Origin: Epiperipatus broadwayi
Lineage: Eukaryota > Animalia > Onychophora
Assembly (NCBI GenBank): GCA_028023455.1
Contig: JAQFVV010000003.1
Location: 19,530,001-19,594,000, forward strand
Length of the DNA stretch: 64,000 nucleotides
Direction of reading: 5' to 3'
In this document: positions 1 to 13,599 of the stretch, piece after piece
How the letters are laid out: each line of letters starts with the position of its first letter
How positions within the stretch are numbered: position 1 is the first letter of the stretch
Position numbers and translations under genes: made by a program
The notes under the pieces: generated by a model
Databases searched by the model: none
What the model was told of the DNA's origin: nothing
The model's input: the letters and a program-made list of their open reading frames with translations, nothing else

Positions 1-741
1 ATTTATAATATGCGATAGGATTATTGTGTGATATAGAGTGCAGTGGATGGACATAAAATCCTTTATCCATCCACTGTATTCAAATACCTTCCCATATGAA
101 CTTGTTAATTTTTTTTTTTTTTAATTATCAAAGTATTTATAATATGTTATTTTCAAAATTTATGTTTGAAACTTAATCTTAATTATTGGAAATTTAGAGT
201 AAGGGGACACTGGCTATGTTAGATTCAGCCAAGGTCAACCATGGATGTAATCGCTGTGATAGTATTTATTTATCACCAATAATTCATAACAGTGTATGGA
301 TTTTCGTGCCTAACTATTCTGAAGCCCTGAGAAAAGATTATCATAGGGGATAAGAGAGCTAGCAAGATGGAAAAATTTTAGAATAAAGTGAAATATTAGT
401 AAAGATGAACTATGAATGCGAGTGTGATAGAGTGATGGATTGGGAGGATGATGATGGGCGTAAAAATATTTTAATTCTTTAAAATTTTAATTGTGATTTT
501 GGTAAATGAATGGAAAGGTGCTGAGAGTTGTAAAATACAGTAGGGAGTGGAGCTTAAATTTTCCTCCTCTCCAATTAATATAAGAATTTACGAGATTATT
601 AGTATTATTTGTAATAGCACTCTGTGTTTTATTCATTCACTAATTATTTATTAACCCATTCATTAGATATTATTGTAAATTATTAAGTAAATTATTGATA
701 AATAATGATTGGTATAAGAAAGTTTCGTTAAGGTTGCAATT

Positions 742-852
742 TGGCGCCCTGCAATTATTGTTATTAATATGCTATCCCATCGCCGACGATCCCGAGGAGA
801 GCTGATCCTTAGAGTCGGTCTCGGTATCTCTCTCCCTCTCTCTTGCAAGTTA
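742..852. promoter_or_regulatory. Short CpG-rich island in an otherwise CpG-poor AT-rich region; candidate promoter/5' region or conserved element
   Basis: About ten CpGs in ~110 bp (cgccgacgatcccgagg...gtcggtctcgg) followed by a CT-rich tract. Function is inferred only. Confidence 0.3.
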
Positions 853-2281
853 TTGATTAGGTTATAATATATATATATATAATTTTAATCAATGTAACAT
901 TTTAATAATTTAAAAATTTAACTATTAACAGCCATTACTTGTAACAAATAAATTTTGTATGTGACATAATAGTTAGAGCATTCATTTAATGCGATGACAA
1001 CATGAGGTTCAAGTCTGGCTTTGATGAACTTGGATTTTTTCTCCAGATTGTAAACAAGTCAAAGAGTTCTTTCATCAAGCTAAAATTAGTCAAACCAAAT
1101 CAGCTATTCTCTATTATTGGATAAATTGATATGTAGCTAGTAGTAGCTTGAGATTAAATTAAAGATTTCAAGTTATGTTAGTTGGTGCATAAATGTCAAT
1201 ACACTAACTTTAAAAAAAAACAACAACAAAAAAAAAACAATTCTAATATAATGCTGCTTTTACCAGTAGTGAAGAAGGCATCATACGTTTATGGGCACTA
1301 AGCCCAAAGTTTACTTTTATTTCTAATTGACACTAAAATAATTGTTGAGAATAACTTTCATATTATACTCACAATAAAGTACAAAAAATTCTACATATAT
1401 TTACATTTTAAATACTGCAGTTGTCTTAAATCTCAAATTTTGTCAGATATTTATATTCAAATTAAAAATTATTTTAATATATTAAAAGGAAAAAGATAAA
1501 TTCAGGTTCAGTACACATTAAAGTATAACATATTTCTTACCAATAATGACTGTATTATAATCATATTTTATATTGTGCATCAATAACCAACTGCAATCCT
1601 TTTTTAGTTTAGAACCTTTATCCTCTGCCTAACAATACTTAGATCTCATTTAGTAAATAAACTGGGTGGCTTGCTAGATTGGTTATGCATAGATTTAAAA
1701 AAAAAATTGTATGCTTGCTTGCAACCTGAAAAGTTTTAAGGTTCATCTAGTCTAGATTCAAATTCTTCATGGTTAGGATAATGGATGTGCTAACCACTAC
1801 TTCAAGAGGTATTCTCTCATTAAAGTTCTATAAATATATAACCTGAAATAAAAAATTATAACAAAAAAAAAAATAGAAAATTCTTTTAATATATAAGGTA
1901 GGAAAAACACAGGATGTGAAATGTCTTTCAAAAACAGGTTTAGGTAACTAGATATTGTTGTCATCCTCTAGCATAAACTGCAGATTATAACTGATTCACC
2001 AGACACAATACTTTTTTACTTACAAATTAATAAAATATATTTATTATTTTATTTTAAGTGAGATTGTCAGCATATAATTATATGTATCACATGGTCTGCA
2101 GAGGAATGTATTATAACAATATTATGAAAAATCATCCTTGACAAATAAAATAAAAATAGAAATGATTTTTAAGTTGCAGGTAAATGAGATAAAAATAACC
2201 TTTAAATAGCCCAAGGCAAGTCAATGTTGTCTCCAGCAATTCCCTCCTCTGAAGAGGGACTGTGAAGATAGCATTACTTAC

Positions 2282-2395
2282 CAGGCTTATCAATTACCAA
2301 GTGAAGATTTGAGCCTTTTAACATCTCCATTTTACTCAATTAATATCAGCTATCTTTTTACTGAACAGTTACTGGGATTGGCTATGGACTAATAT
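2282..2395 (-). other. Putative spliced exon (5'UTR or lncRNA; possible ATG at 2330 giving MEMLKGSNLHLVIDKP)
   Basis: Minus strand: tttttaatccag| acceptor and CCTG|gtaagt consensus donor. No downstream coding continuation found. Confidence 0.35.
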
Positions 2396-3138
2396 CTGGA
2401 TTAAAAATATTAAGTTTAATGGAAATCAGAAAAAAATTGAATTTAACTTCCTTTCAAAGACATAATGGTAGATCCACTATTACTATACTAACAGATCATT
2501 CTATTAAATTTAAAGTAATGTTTAAGATATTTTTAAAAAAATACATATAAATTTATATTCTTCAATATTTATTTTTTTTAATTTGTAGCTAATAAATCAT
2601 ATATATTTTTAAAGTCTTTAATGTGCAATACAAATATTTATCTTTTCATTTTTCAGATTTTCTGATTTAAAAAACCATCAGGTTAAGTCAACTTGAGGTA
2701 AACCAGACAGTTAATGAGGACATCAAATCTTTTTATCTGACAAATGTCAACAGTAACTAATAAGTGAAAGATGTGGGTGACTGCAAAATGATCTTTGCTA
2801 GTAATCAAAATACCACTATTTTGATATCAAATGTTCGTTTTTAAATAAAATTCGAATGATTGTAAGACATATAGTATGTATATATATATAACAATATATA
2901 AAAGTAAAAGACAACAAAGAAAAGTAATGAAAATAAAAACCAACATCAGCACAATCTCTACCCAAGGGAGAGTAATAAATGTTTTTGAATAGAATGTTAA
3001 TGATCTAGCAACTAACTATAGAAATGAGCTAGTTGTCATTTAAAGTCCACTAATTAGCTCACTATTTACATAATACCTTCTGAAGTTTGTAATAAAGATG
3101 TCATGAATATTTAATTAAGTTGAGAGAGTGATTCTTAC

Positions 3139-3187
3139 CGTTATATATCATCGTTTTTCCAAAACGTCAAAAGGTGTATGCAGTTAA
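3139..3187 (-). other. Putative 49-nt non-coding exon
   Basis: Minus strand: tctcatttatcag| acceptor and AACG|gtaaga donor; stop codons in all three frames. Confidence 0.35.
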
Positions 3188-6029
3188 CTGATAAATGAGA
3201 TTCTAATTATATGCTTTGTTTTTGGCTTGGCTTCTACATCTTTAGTTTTACAACCTTGACTTTAAGTTATATAAAAGAAGTGGAAATATTGCAAATTCAG
3301 TGCATCTTTAGCGCCAGATAACTAAAACTTAGAAATTGTTTTCATGTTCATTCTGGGCTTAATACTTTTCTTTCAAATAGTTGGCTTATAGCAATCCAGC
3401 TATTATTCCAATATCAGTCAGGGAATTGGTATCTAGCTATTCTTAACTCTACAATAAAAACCAGAATAAAAAAAAGACTAGTGAAATTTCTATCTATTAG
3501 TAATTGGAAAGCTGTAGGAGAGACTTTTACCATGTAGTAAACTATTTAAAAACGTTCTTTTGCCCCTATTTGATATTCATTCATTTTTTTCCACTGCTTA
3601 TATTATGATATCTTAAGCTGAGAAGAAACTATTGTTTATTTAATGTAAGCCGAGGAAAGCATTTTTAATACAGACATCAACTGAGACAAATATTGATGTC
3701 TTATGATATTACTTTACAATGCTACATTAAATATAAAATTGAATATAAAATTGTGTTAAAGAGATAATAAGTAAAGACACTATTAGCATCAGAATACCAA
3801 ACTGTTCTGAATCACGACCACACAATTTCATTAATTTCACCCACTTTCAGAGACTAAAATGTTTATATTAATTAAATTTACTTTTCTACCAGAAGACATT
3901 TTGACTAGTTTAAGGCATCAAATTTGATTTAGTATATGTACAGTGAGTTTGCAAAGTCCGAAAGATTGTATTATGATCTTTCTGTAAATGGACATGATGT
4001 GAGAATAAATTTTAAATAGGAGATAGATTTTAACATAAAATATGATATTGGTCTTGAACTAGTCTATATCTAAAAAGTTGAAACTTTTGATTATTTATAT
4101 ATTTTATACTTTATTTTAGTGATAAATTCACAATTTTACAAAAATTTGGAGGATTCTCTATAATACATTTATTAAATATGTTAAATCAAATTAACATGAA
4201 GTATTTGAAGAAAATATTCCGACTATGTATTTTTACATATTATTAATTTAAATGTTTAATGTAGGGGTGGAATCTTTTTTCATGTCAAGGGCCATTTGAT
4301 ATTTATAATGTCGTTCAAGGCCATACTAAGTAACGACTTAAAAATTAGCCTGCTATATTTGATCAAACATTTAATTAATTTATCCCTAATTATTAGGAAT
4401 AGCAATCTTTCCAGCAGGCAGGCCAATTCTAACTTGCCCTTTTTAAATGAGACAATTTTTGAGGGAATTAAAAATAAAGTAACATCCATTATTATTAATG
4501 ACTGTTCCACATTTAATGACAATTTTTCCAATTTGCCTTATAACTATTTTTCATAATATATTTATATTATTAAATTCCTTTTTATATTCTGGACAGATTA
4601 ATTCTACAGCAGCTAAGATGCAATCATTTGGTAAACTCCCCTTCAAAAAATAGTTTTGAAGTCTCTGCTTTTTCTTTTTTTGAAATAATACAGTTTGTCT
4701 CCACATAATTATCTGAATTGATTGGAAATTTATGAGACATACGAGCCACTTGATGAAGTTCTTTTCAAGTTTTCTATTTTAATATTTCTTTCTCAACAAT
4801 TTTGTTGTAATCAGAATGTTTGATAAATAGTGCCTCTTAATATTGTGTTCTTTATGAACTGAAATACTTTCCAGACAGATTAGGCTTATCAATTTACCAT
4901 TTCATTCTATAAAATTAAACTACACAACTTTTTGTGTCAATTTTTTTTTATCTTACTCGATGTAGCCATCCTAATAAAAACAAAAACAAAATTAAAAAAT
5001 AATAATAAAACAGAATAAAATTCAACTTTTATTTTTACAAAAATGTAGTTAGCTTGTGAAAATCACTGTAAGTACAAAGAAAATGTTCTCAATACCGTAG
5101 ATTAAATCTGTAGTCAGATACATCACACAATATAGATAATTTGTTGGAGTATTGCATTTCTGATAGAATGAACTAGAACTATTATAAAGGTTGGGTATAA
5201 CTGAGAAAATAACTATTTTATTTTACTTAACTCTTAATTCAATATTTGAACTACACACTTGTTTAACTAGAAGTTTTATACAGAGTCATTTTATATGCAT
5301 TTCTGAAAAGGTTCTGGGACCATATAGAGAACTTTTGAAGGCCAGAGTTGGCCTCAGGACTGGATAGTCTCCATCCCTTTAATACCATTTCAATAGATTG
5401 ATATGTGAAAGGATTTTCAGGCTAGAGCCTTTGCTTCAAAAATTATAATGTATTATATGTACTAGTTTTTTAAATATAAATGTTTTGGAACTTTCAGTCA
5501 CATTGCATGCAAATTATTATATATATTAGTGAATAACAGTACTAAGATAATATGTAAACCATGTTTTAGGTGTATTAGCCAAAAACAGTTCAGTATAGAT
5601 GAAAGTTTTCATTAAGAATCATTTTTGTATGTTAATGAAATTTTTAAATAGACTAATTAGTCATGAAAATACATCAATATACTTTTACAATATCAGATGC
5701 TATACCTGGTTCGATAACATATAATCATTTAAATTATAGCCTGCTTATTGACTCTGTGCACTGGTTTAATGCATACAACATTTTCTGATGTTGAACTTCT
5801 GAAAATTATTCTGAAAAAATATGAGTGGAGAGGCATCATACCAATCCTGACAATAGAAAACATTTTATTAGGCAATTAATTATATCTTGATGCTTTTTTA
5901 TACAACTAGCAGCCATATTTTACTATATCGGATGTCAGATATTTATGTAAGTGTGAAAGTAAGTTAATATGGATTTAAAATCTAGGATTTTTTAAATTTC
6001 AGGTTTTTAACTCGCATATTGCAGAGGGA

Positions 6030-6570
6030 AAAAAGGGTGATTGCTAGTTGCATAACTGTCTTAGATCCAGCTTTGAATCCTAATATTCAGTGACAAAAGA
6101 AAAAGTCAAAAACTGGTCTGCAGTTGGGAACTTTACAGTCCCATATGTCAACTGATGTCTATTGGTTATTCCAGCTTACAATAGATGGCTTCACAGTAAG
6201 GTGGATAATTGCTTTTGGAAGCACATAAGCAAGCATATAAGAGAATCATGTGATCCTGTTGTTGGTATTAAACTTCATAACTAAAAGTTAGCAATAGCTT
6301 ATAGTCGTTATAGAACCGAGGTCTCTTAAATGTATAGAAACTGATCTGGTGTCAGATGCAAATGATCTAAAACTTAATCGCTTTTGTAAAAATTCAAATA
6401 GTATAAAGAAGTGAAACGTGATTGCTAGATGCAAAAATGGATTAAACCCTGCTTTGATAGTCTCCATTGGTATTCATTGATTAATTAGGCTTATAGTACT
6501 TGGTTCTAGAATAGGATAAAGATAATTGTTCTTAGAAGCATATAATTAAGTATATGAGAGGATAGTGATG
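6030..6570 (+). repeat. Old dispersed/tandem repeat with partial copies at ~31880-32040 (+) and ~36540-36620 (-)
   Basis: Shared blocks: gtgattgctag.tgca (6038, 6419, 31899); aactggtctg / aaactagtctgg; gaggtctct...gaaactg...gtgtcaga, inverted at 36550-36600. Confidence 0.45.
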
Positions 6571-7969
6571 TTACTGGTATAAATAAATAATATTTCAGCT
6601 CATATAATGTATGGCACCCATTTTTCAATTTATTTTTTATTTGTTTATGTTATTAATGTATGTGGTAAAAAAAATTTTTTTTATTTGTGTAATGAATAAA
6701 CTTTTTTATTTTCTTGGTATAAAACTTACAATTTTATCTTATGAGGACAAGGAAAAAATATTGCTTTCATATTGTCAGTATTATGATATGACCACTGTTT
6801 TTAAAAGATCACTCTAGTAAATGAATCTTACATAGAATTCTTTCGAGGAAAATAAGGCTTTATATATAAATTTATACTTACATAAAAAAAAAAAAAAAAG
6901 ATATTATACAAAACATTAAAAATATATCATACTGTTCAGAATTGAATAGTATTTTGGTTTAATGCTCTGAAAAACAAAATAAAAATATTATTCAATAACA
7001 GCAAGCTAGTTTTATTTCTTTATCATATTGTCAAAGATGAATAAAAGTTCAATTTAACAATTAAAAAAAAAAGAAAGAAATAATATTCTTGCATTCATTA
7101 GCAGCAGAATAAATTTAAATACTTTCAGTATAGTAAAGACAATTATGGATTTGATAGTAAAGGCTGCAGCATATTACAATCATTTTTTATTTTCATAATC
7201 ACTGCATCAACTCAGTTTAGCTAGCCCAAATTAACTTCTGATTTTCTAATTCTGACTACTATCAAATGGCTATCTAGATTAACTGTATGCTTGTCTACAT
7301 GAAAAAAAAAAAAAAATTATGCCTGTTCATGATCTGAAAAATTTCCAAGATTCACTCATCCAGATTCTAATGCAAATTTATAATACAGTAAATGGAGACA
7401 CTAATCAAACTCCATAAGGCCCTTTTTTCAATATGATAATGATTTCTAAGCACATGATCATAATTTAATATATCTGAGTAATAAAAATTTATATTTTCAA
7501 CTTAAGCTCATAAAATGAGTTATGCAAAATCTCAAATGATTAAATGTTTAGAAAATCATGCAGCATCCAAACACTGAAGTGATAGATTAATCTTCAATAC
7601 AGACACCTTTAGTTTTTATATTTCTCACTTTACTCCTGTGAAATGCATTAATTATATAAATTAGAAACTGTCAGTACTAAAATTTTATTACTTTATTCAT
7701 ATTTTACTTTTCAGCATAGAAAATAAGCAAACTCATTTCTAGACAAGATATTCTACACAATAAGTAATTTGCCTCTACACAAGATATTCCACAATATGCA
7801 CTGCTCTCATTCAACAACTCAAATGACAAATTAAATTAACTGATAAAACTGTAAGTCAGAAGCAACTACATTAAGTGAGTAGTAAATAAGATATAACAAT
7901 TAAAAAGTCTTTTAGTGCTAAAAGCTGTATGGCCAAACAAAACTGTTGTTCCAGGTAGATATTTTATAA

Positions 7970-8466
7970 CAGTGTTCTTCAACCCTTGGTCCGCGGAACT
8001 TTTCTGCAGGTCCGCATGCTAGACGGGCAGTAAAAAGTTTGTAATAATAAATAATAAGAGTTTAAACTTTTAATTAATATAGCCAATTTTTATTTATTTT
8101 TCATCTCATTTTTACTCAATTAAAAAAAAAAAGAAAACGAAAACAAAATCTAATCAATCATTCATAAATTAATTTGTTTTTCTAGTTATCACAGATGTTT
8201 ATGGGGGGGGGGGGGGTAGAATTAAATTTTTTATTACTTTTCTAAAAAAAAAGTTAAAAAAAGTTTTTTATTATATAAACTCCATATATATATAAAACTT
8301 TATCTTATATATTTAACATTGTTGTTATGATCAGTTATAACAATTATGCTTATCTTTAAGAAAATTTATCTATAGACTTCCGCCGCTTATCCTTATTTTT
8401 GCTGGTCCGCGGAACCTTATCCTTATTTTTACCGGTCCACAGGTGTGAAAAGGTTGAAGACCACTG
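7970..8466. mobile_element. Non-autonomous hAT (Charlie-type) element / MITE, 497 bp
   Basis: TIRs CAGTGTTCTTCAACC / GGTTGAAGACCACTG; perfect 8-bp TSD TTTTATAA at 7962-7969 and 8467-8474; subterminal GGTCCGCGG repeats. Confidence 0.93.
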
Positions 8467-10299
8467 TTTTATAATATAGACCGCCTGAAATTTTTTTGTT
8501 TCTATTTTTAATAAATTAATCATATTTATATTCTTGATTAATATTATAATTTTCATTAGTCTTTAAGTAAGGCAAAAGGTTGTTAGTTTGTTTTTGCTAA
8601 GTAAAAAATAAATATATTGAATAATTCATTACTCTCTGATTACATTTTATTATAATAAGTAATGTTGACAAAAGGTTAATAAAAAATGCATCACTAGTCT
8701 ACTTTAAAAAATACAAACAAACTTAATGCTATCTTCAGATTCTCAAGGTTTTATTCAAATGTAAAAATAATAAATAATTTATCAGATGTTTGATGTCAAC
8801 TTTAGAATCAAAAAAAATAAAAAGAAATTCATCACTTGAGACTGAGATGCTCAAGTTTAAAAAGTCAAGACATCATATATATGTAATAGTCGCATTCATA
8901 ATTCCATAGAAATCAAATCTAAAAATGTCATGGGATATCAACTCAAAAATAAGAGTAACTTGCTGAGGAGCAAGAATTTTATTTTACAATTAGAAAAAAT
9001 AAAGAAAAAAGCAAATAAAACGAAAATGCTATGCATTCCAATTTGAAATCTGATTATCTCTTAAATAATATAGTTTGTATAGAAATGTAAAATAAGAATC
9101 ATATATCAATTGAGCAGTCAAGTGCAGATTGAACACCAAAATTCCATTTAATTATCAAATTGAGATATTTTTTTTTTACTTTTCTCAACCAAAAATATAG
9201 CTGCCTTTATTACTAAAGTCCCTAGTTTCATCCTTAGCCATTTCTAAACAAGAATGATCATTCTACCCCCCCCCCCCAAATTATAAGACAGAAAAATGAA
9301 AAATAAAAAATTAGATAACAGAGAACAAGAAGAAAATTTTGGAGTAAATATTGTTGAATATGTAATTAAAAGTAGAAAAAAAAATATTGCTGCACCATTA
9401 TCAAAATTAACGCAGAGAAATAAACCAACCACACAACAGGTTTATGAAAACCTGGTTCTAAATTTTATTTAAGTGATTGAAGATAATAAAGTAAAAAAAA
9501 AAAAAAGTGAAAAAATGTTTAAAAATGGTTCAACTGCAAAGAGATCCAAAGCATATATAATGCTTAAAATAATATTACATATACTTGCAAATTATTGGCT
9601 GCATAAAAAGTCTTAATAAGTACGATTTTAAAATAAATTATAGAAATAAGCAACACAATTCAAGCATTTTAGTTTCTTTATTTTGAAATCCACCCACAAA
9701 ACACAACTAAACATAAATAAAGTGTATTATACATATGGATAAAAACAAAATCATTGATTATTGAGCTACCATAGTCCTAAAAGAATTGTGTATATAGCAT
9801 AATGAGAACTTAAATTGTACAAAGATGACTGAAATATTATTTCACCATTTGAAACATAGTTATCAATATCCGGAACAAAACCAGTAGTAATACAATTTAC
9901 ATAAAAGTTTACTGAATTTTGATCAACTAGAGTACTAATTGAATTGTTTATAGTTTATTCATTGTTTATAGTTTATTCTACAGTAATAAGATTAAGACCG
10001 ATTATAGAATGGATAACATATGAACGCTTTGCATAACAAGTTAAAATCTAAGCAAAAAAAAGTAAGAAAATGATTTAGATATACAAAGGTAATCAATTAC
10101 ATAGAGCTGAAGCATGGTATTATAATGATGTAAAATGATATTTCCCTGATAAAGTTAAGTTTCTGTGCATAGGTAATATAACCAGAATTCTATTAATAAA
10201 GTTAAGCCCCCCCCCCCACTAAACCTATTATATATCAAAACTCATCTACTTCATACTCATTGCTACCAAGGTCAATCTTCCAGAAATGACTCATTTATG

Positions 10300-11400
10300 T
10301 GATGTGGTAAAATATCCTCCCTTTAAATGAGCTCAGTAATTTCTAAGCACATATTCAGCTATCTTGTTAGCCAAATTAAAACATTCCCTTTCTAAACCTG
10401 TATATATCACAAAATAAATCCATCTAATTCTTACTTTTTATTACTTAATTAATTTGCCAGCTCTGGTCTTTTTTTTTATCATTCTATATCCATTTTAATA
10501 AAAGTTATTTTGTTAGTTCCACTAATCTATCCTCATAATCTTCAACTTCATTAAGAAGGTCTAAATAAAACATCAAAGAATTTCTACCTCTTTCATTTCC
10601 TTTACCTTTAAATTTCTCTTATTCACAGTACAATTTATCTTGATCCTCTTTCAAATATTCAATACAATATCTCCTACTTTATATAAACTATATCTACAAT
10701 TTGAATACTTAATCCATTTTTTTCTTTCCCTAGTAACTAAAAGTCCTATTCTTGTACCAAATATAGTAAATTTTGCATAGTGTTATAGTACACACTTTCT
10801 TAATTTATACACTTTTTATATAACAACAAACTATTTTCTTATTGATACCCATTTTCCATAATTCTATTTCTTTTTCTTCAATCATTTTATCTATTCTCTT
10901 TGCCCATCTCCCATAATTATGTATCAGTAATATAGTGTCTACACATTTATCCTATTTTTTATATAAATATATGGAAATACATCATCTATCAACTTTGTGT
11001 ATTGTATAACTTTTTTCGTCCAATGCATTTGTTGTATTATCCACTCAATTAAATACTATTCCTACTAATCTATTTCCATTCTTATATTATATATTATAAA
11101 GCTCCAAACATTTTAAATTAACTTTTAATTTTCTTCATTAAAAAAATGACCATCCCATTTCAGCTTGAATCATTTGAAAATCACAATTCACATCCCAATG
11201 TTTCTTTGTGTATTTTATCCAAAAATTTCTGAGATTTCTAGCTAGTGTAAGAAGCATCATTTCTAAATGTTAAAGCAGATAGGTACCTTCATTCCTTTTC
11301 TAAATTATTCAATGCACCTTATTATTTATTTACACAACAAACATGCTTAGATTTTTAATTACTCCCATTCTATTTTCTTATTTACTCTCACAGCCATACA
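10300..11400 (-). mobile_element. Highly decayed L1/Tx1-like LINE ORF2 (RT and post-RT) remnant; boundaries approximate
   Basis: Purine-rich minus strand with broken translations such as KRIDKMIEEKRNRIWKMGINKKIVCCYIKSV and LVTRERKNGLSIQIVDIVY, resembling the L1-clade 'IKSV' and 'L.P...GGL...D' regions. Many stops and frameshifts. Confidence 0.4.
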
Positions 11401-12039
11401 ATTAGCGAGTATAAATGGACATCTAGCCAATCCTTAGTCAGGGATTAAAACTCCCAGATTAACTAGGGCTGACCAAATACATTAAACATGAAATAACATT
11501 ACAATTAAAATAAGATGCAATCATCGTAAGACAATATTATCCCTACAAGTATCTTAATCTTTAATAACAGTGCAGACAGACAACTAAGGCCAGTTACACA
11601 TAATTTTCTAGGAGCAAATCTGTGTTTCTTATTACAAGAATGTTGATTAATCAAAAACCAGATGCAGAAGTTTGGCTTCAATGGCATCTAGGGTTAAAGG
11701 ATTTAGCCATTGCTTATATTTCTGATACTGTGAAATGCAAGAGACACAATATCAAATTTTGTTACTGAGTAATAGAAAAATAGATTGATATATCTATCAG
11801 AAACACAATATTCTAAATAGCAATTATTTTATCCTTCCACGTTTCAAAAATATTTTGATATAAATTATTCAACTATCAAGTTTAAGAATACAAAATGCAT
11901 ACAACATAAAAATTAAAAAATTATCCTTTTTAATTTAGAATAATTTATCAAAGAAAATTACCATCTTTTTGATGGGTTTCATCTGAACCAGATTTAATAA
12001 TAATACATACTCATAAATAAATACATAAGTTGTACTCAC

Positions 12040-12090
12040 CAATTTTTTTTTAAAAAAGGTTAATGGATGGATTAAGGATGGATAGAAAAC
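12040..12090 (-). other. Putative 51-nt exon (likely UTR)
   Basis: Minus strand: tttttatttgtttgtttcag| strong acceptor and TTG|gtgagt consensus donor. Confidence 0.45.
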
Positions 12091-12639
12091 CTGAAACAAA
12101 CAAATAAAAAAATTATATAGTTTATAGGATCATAAAACTTGAAACTCTACATATTACTTTTAAAATATAATATAACTACTAATGAGAAAATAACAATTGT
12201 TTCACAAAACAAAACAAAAAAAAAGATCATTGTTATTTAAGGTAGACAGCTTTTAAATTTGATTAGAAAGCTCTTATATTCATTTTTAAATTTTACAATC
12301 TTATTCAATAATACATATAAGCATTTTAAAATAAAATAAATCACATGAACCTATTTATATAAGAAGCTTTAGTATTATTCTGAAATGGATGACAAATGTT
12401 TAGACCTTTAGCATACCTGAGGACTCAAAGTCGTAGCGAAGCATGTAATAGGGAATATCTATTTTATATTAGATGAGGATTAAAGGCATTTAGAGTGCTA
12501 AAATATATTCTTCACTTATTATCTTTCAGAACAGTTATTAATATAATACTATATACACAAAATAGTAAAAACAAATAACCTATTCCAGATCCTATTCTGA
12601 AAAAATAAAAAGACATTTACCAGAAAATCAACTATCCAT

Positions 12640-13258
12640 TGTGATAGTTTATGCACAAAGATGTTAAAGTTGATGAGACAATCAAAAAATTTGTTGGTTG
12701 TAATGTTGTATGTATGAGCCCTCAAAACAATACTAACAAATTACCTGAAACAGAGCCCACATTGTGGAACATAATCACTTATAGAATACTAAGAAAGTTC
12801 AGAAGATGGTTCTTCGAACCTAAATTCTATGATTTCTTAGTCAAACAAACTTGGAAGCTTTACCTACTAATTGGTTTCTAATATACTGCAGAGGCTTTAA
12901 AAACATAGACATTATTTGCCCACCATGCAAGAGAGAAGAGGATACCATAACCCATATTTTAGAATGATGCAGTTCCTTTCAAGATTAATGAAACACAATC
13001 CAAGTAATATACCATATCAAGCAACCATTAACTACCCTAGCTGCCAATAATAGAGATTTTGCCACTGTAAGAAGCTCAACCTTCCTTGCTTTCAACCTGT
13101 GGCTTATAAGATGTGAAGCAGTATACAACCCCAACAGCATATCTCTATTCCAATCTTACAGGAAGAAACTAAACAAGACAAGAACTCGTGACCAACTTTA
13201 CACACCCCAGATAACATTCAGGCTGATGTGGGAAATAATCGATCTAAATAAATAAAAT
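12640..13258 (+). mobile_element. 3' fragment of an L1/Tx1-clade non-LTR retrotransposon (ORF2 C-terminus)
   Basis: CCHC knuckle C-P-P-C-KREEDTIT-H-ILE*-C starting at 12917; then NLWLIRCEAVYN...KTRTRDQLYTPQITFRLMWEIIDLNK* and an A-rich tail. Homologous by eye to ORF 57395-57673. Confidence 0.75.
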
Positions 13259-13599
13259 ATGAAAGAGGGCAAGTTGCCGCCGAAAAATACTAACAGTAAC
13301 TATGTAAATGTTAGCATTAATTAATAGCTAGAGTAACATAGATGAAACTTATTCAAAAACAACTAGCTTGGAACAAAACATGCTCAACAACGCCTTAACT
13401 GATGTTCAAATAGTGTGGCAGGTTGAGAACTGGAATAATGAGTAAAACAAAGGCTGAATGAGCAGAGGCTGCAAGGTTGAACTTTTAGGAAAACACAATT
13501 GCAACATAGGAAAGATGCCAAGACTATTTTTAGACATTGTAGGACAACCTTTAGAACTACTTTTATAGACATGTATCCCTCTTATAAACATTTGTTACA

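Noticed and set aside
742-749. TGGCGCCC as an LTR-retrotransposon primer-binding site
   Set aside because: Only 8 nt match; no adjacent LTR ending in CA, and no gag/pol downstream.
12417-12455. Possible hammerhead CTGAGGA...GAAG-CATG-TA
   Set aside because: A15.1 is missing (GAAG), stem II needs deletions to pair, stem I is unconvincing, and there is no second copy to support it.
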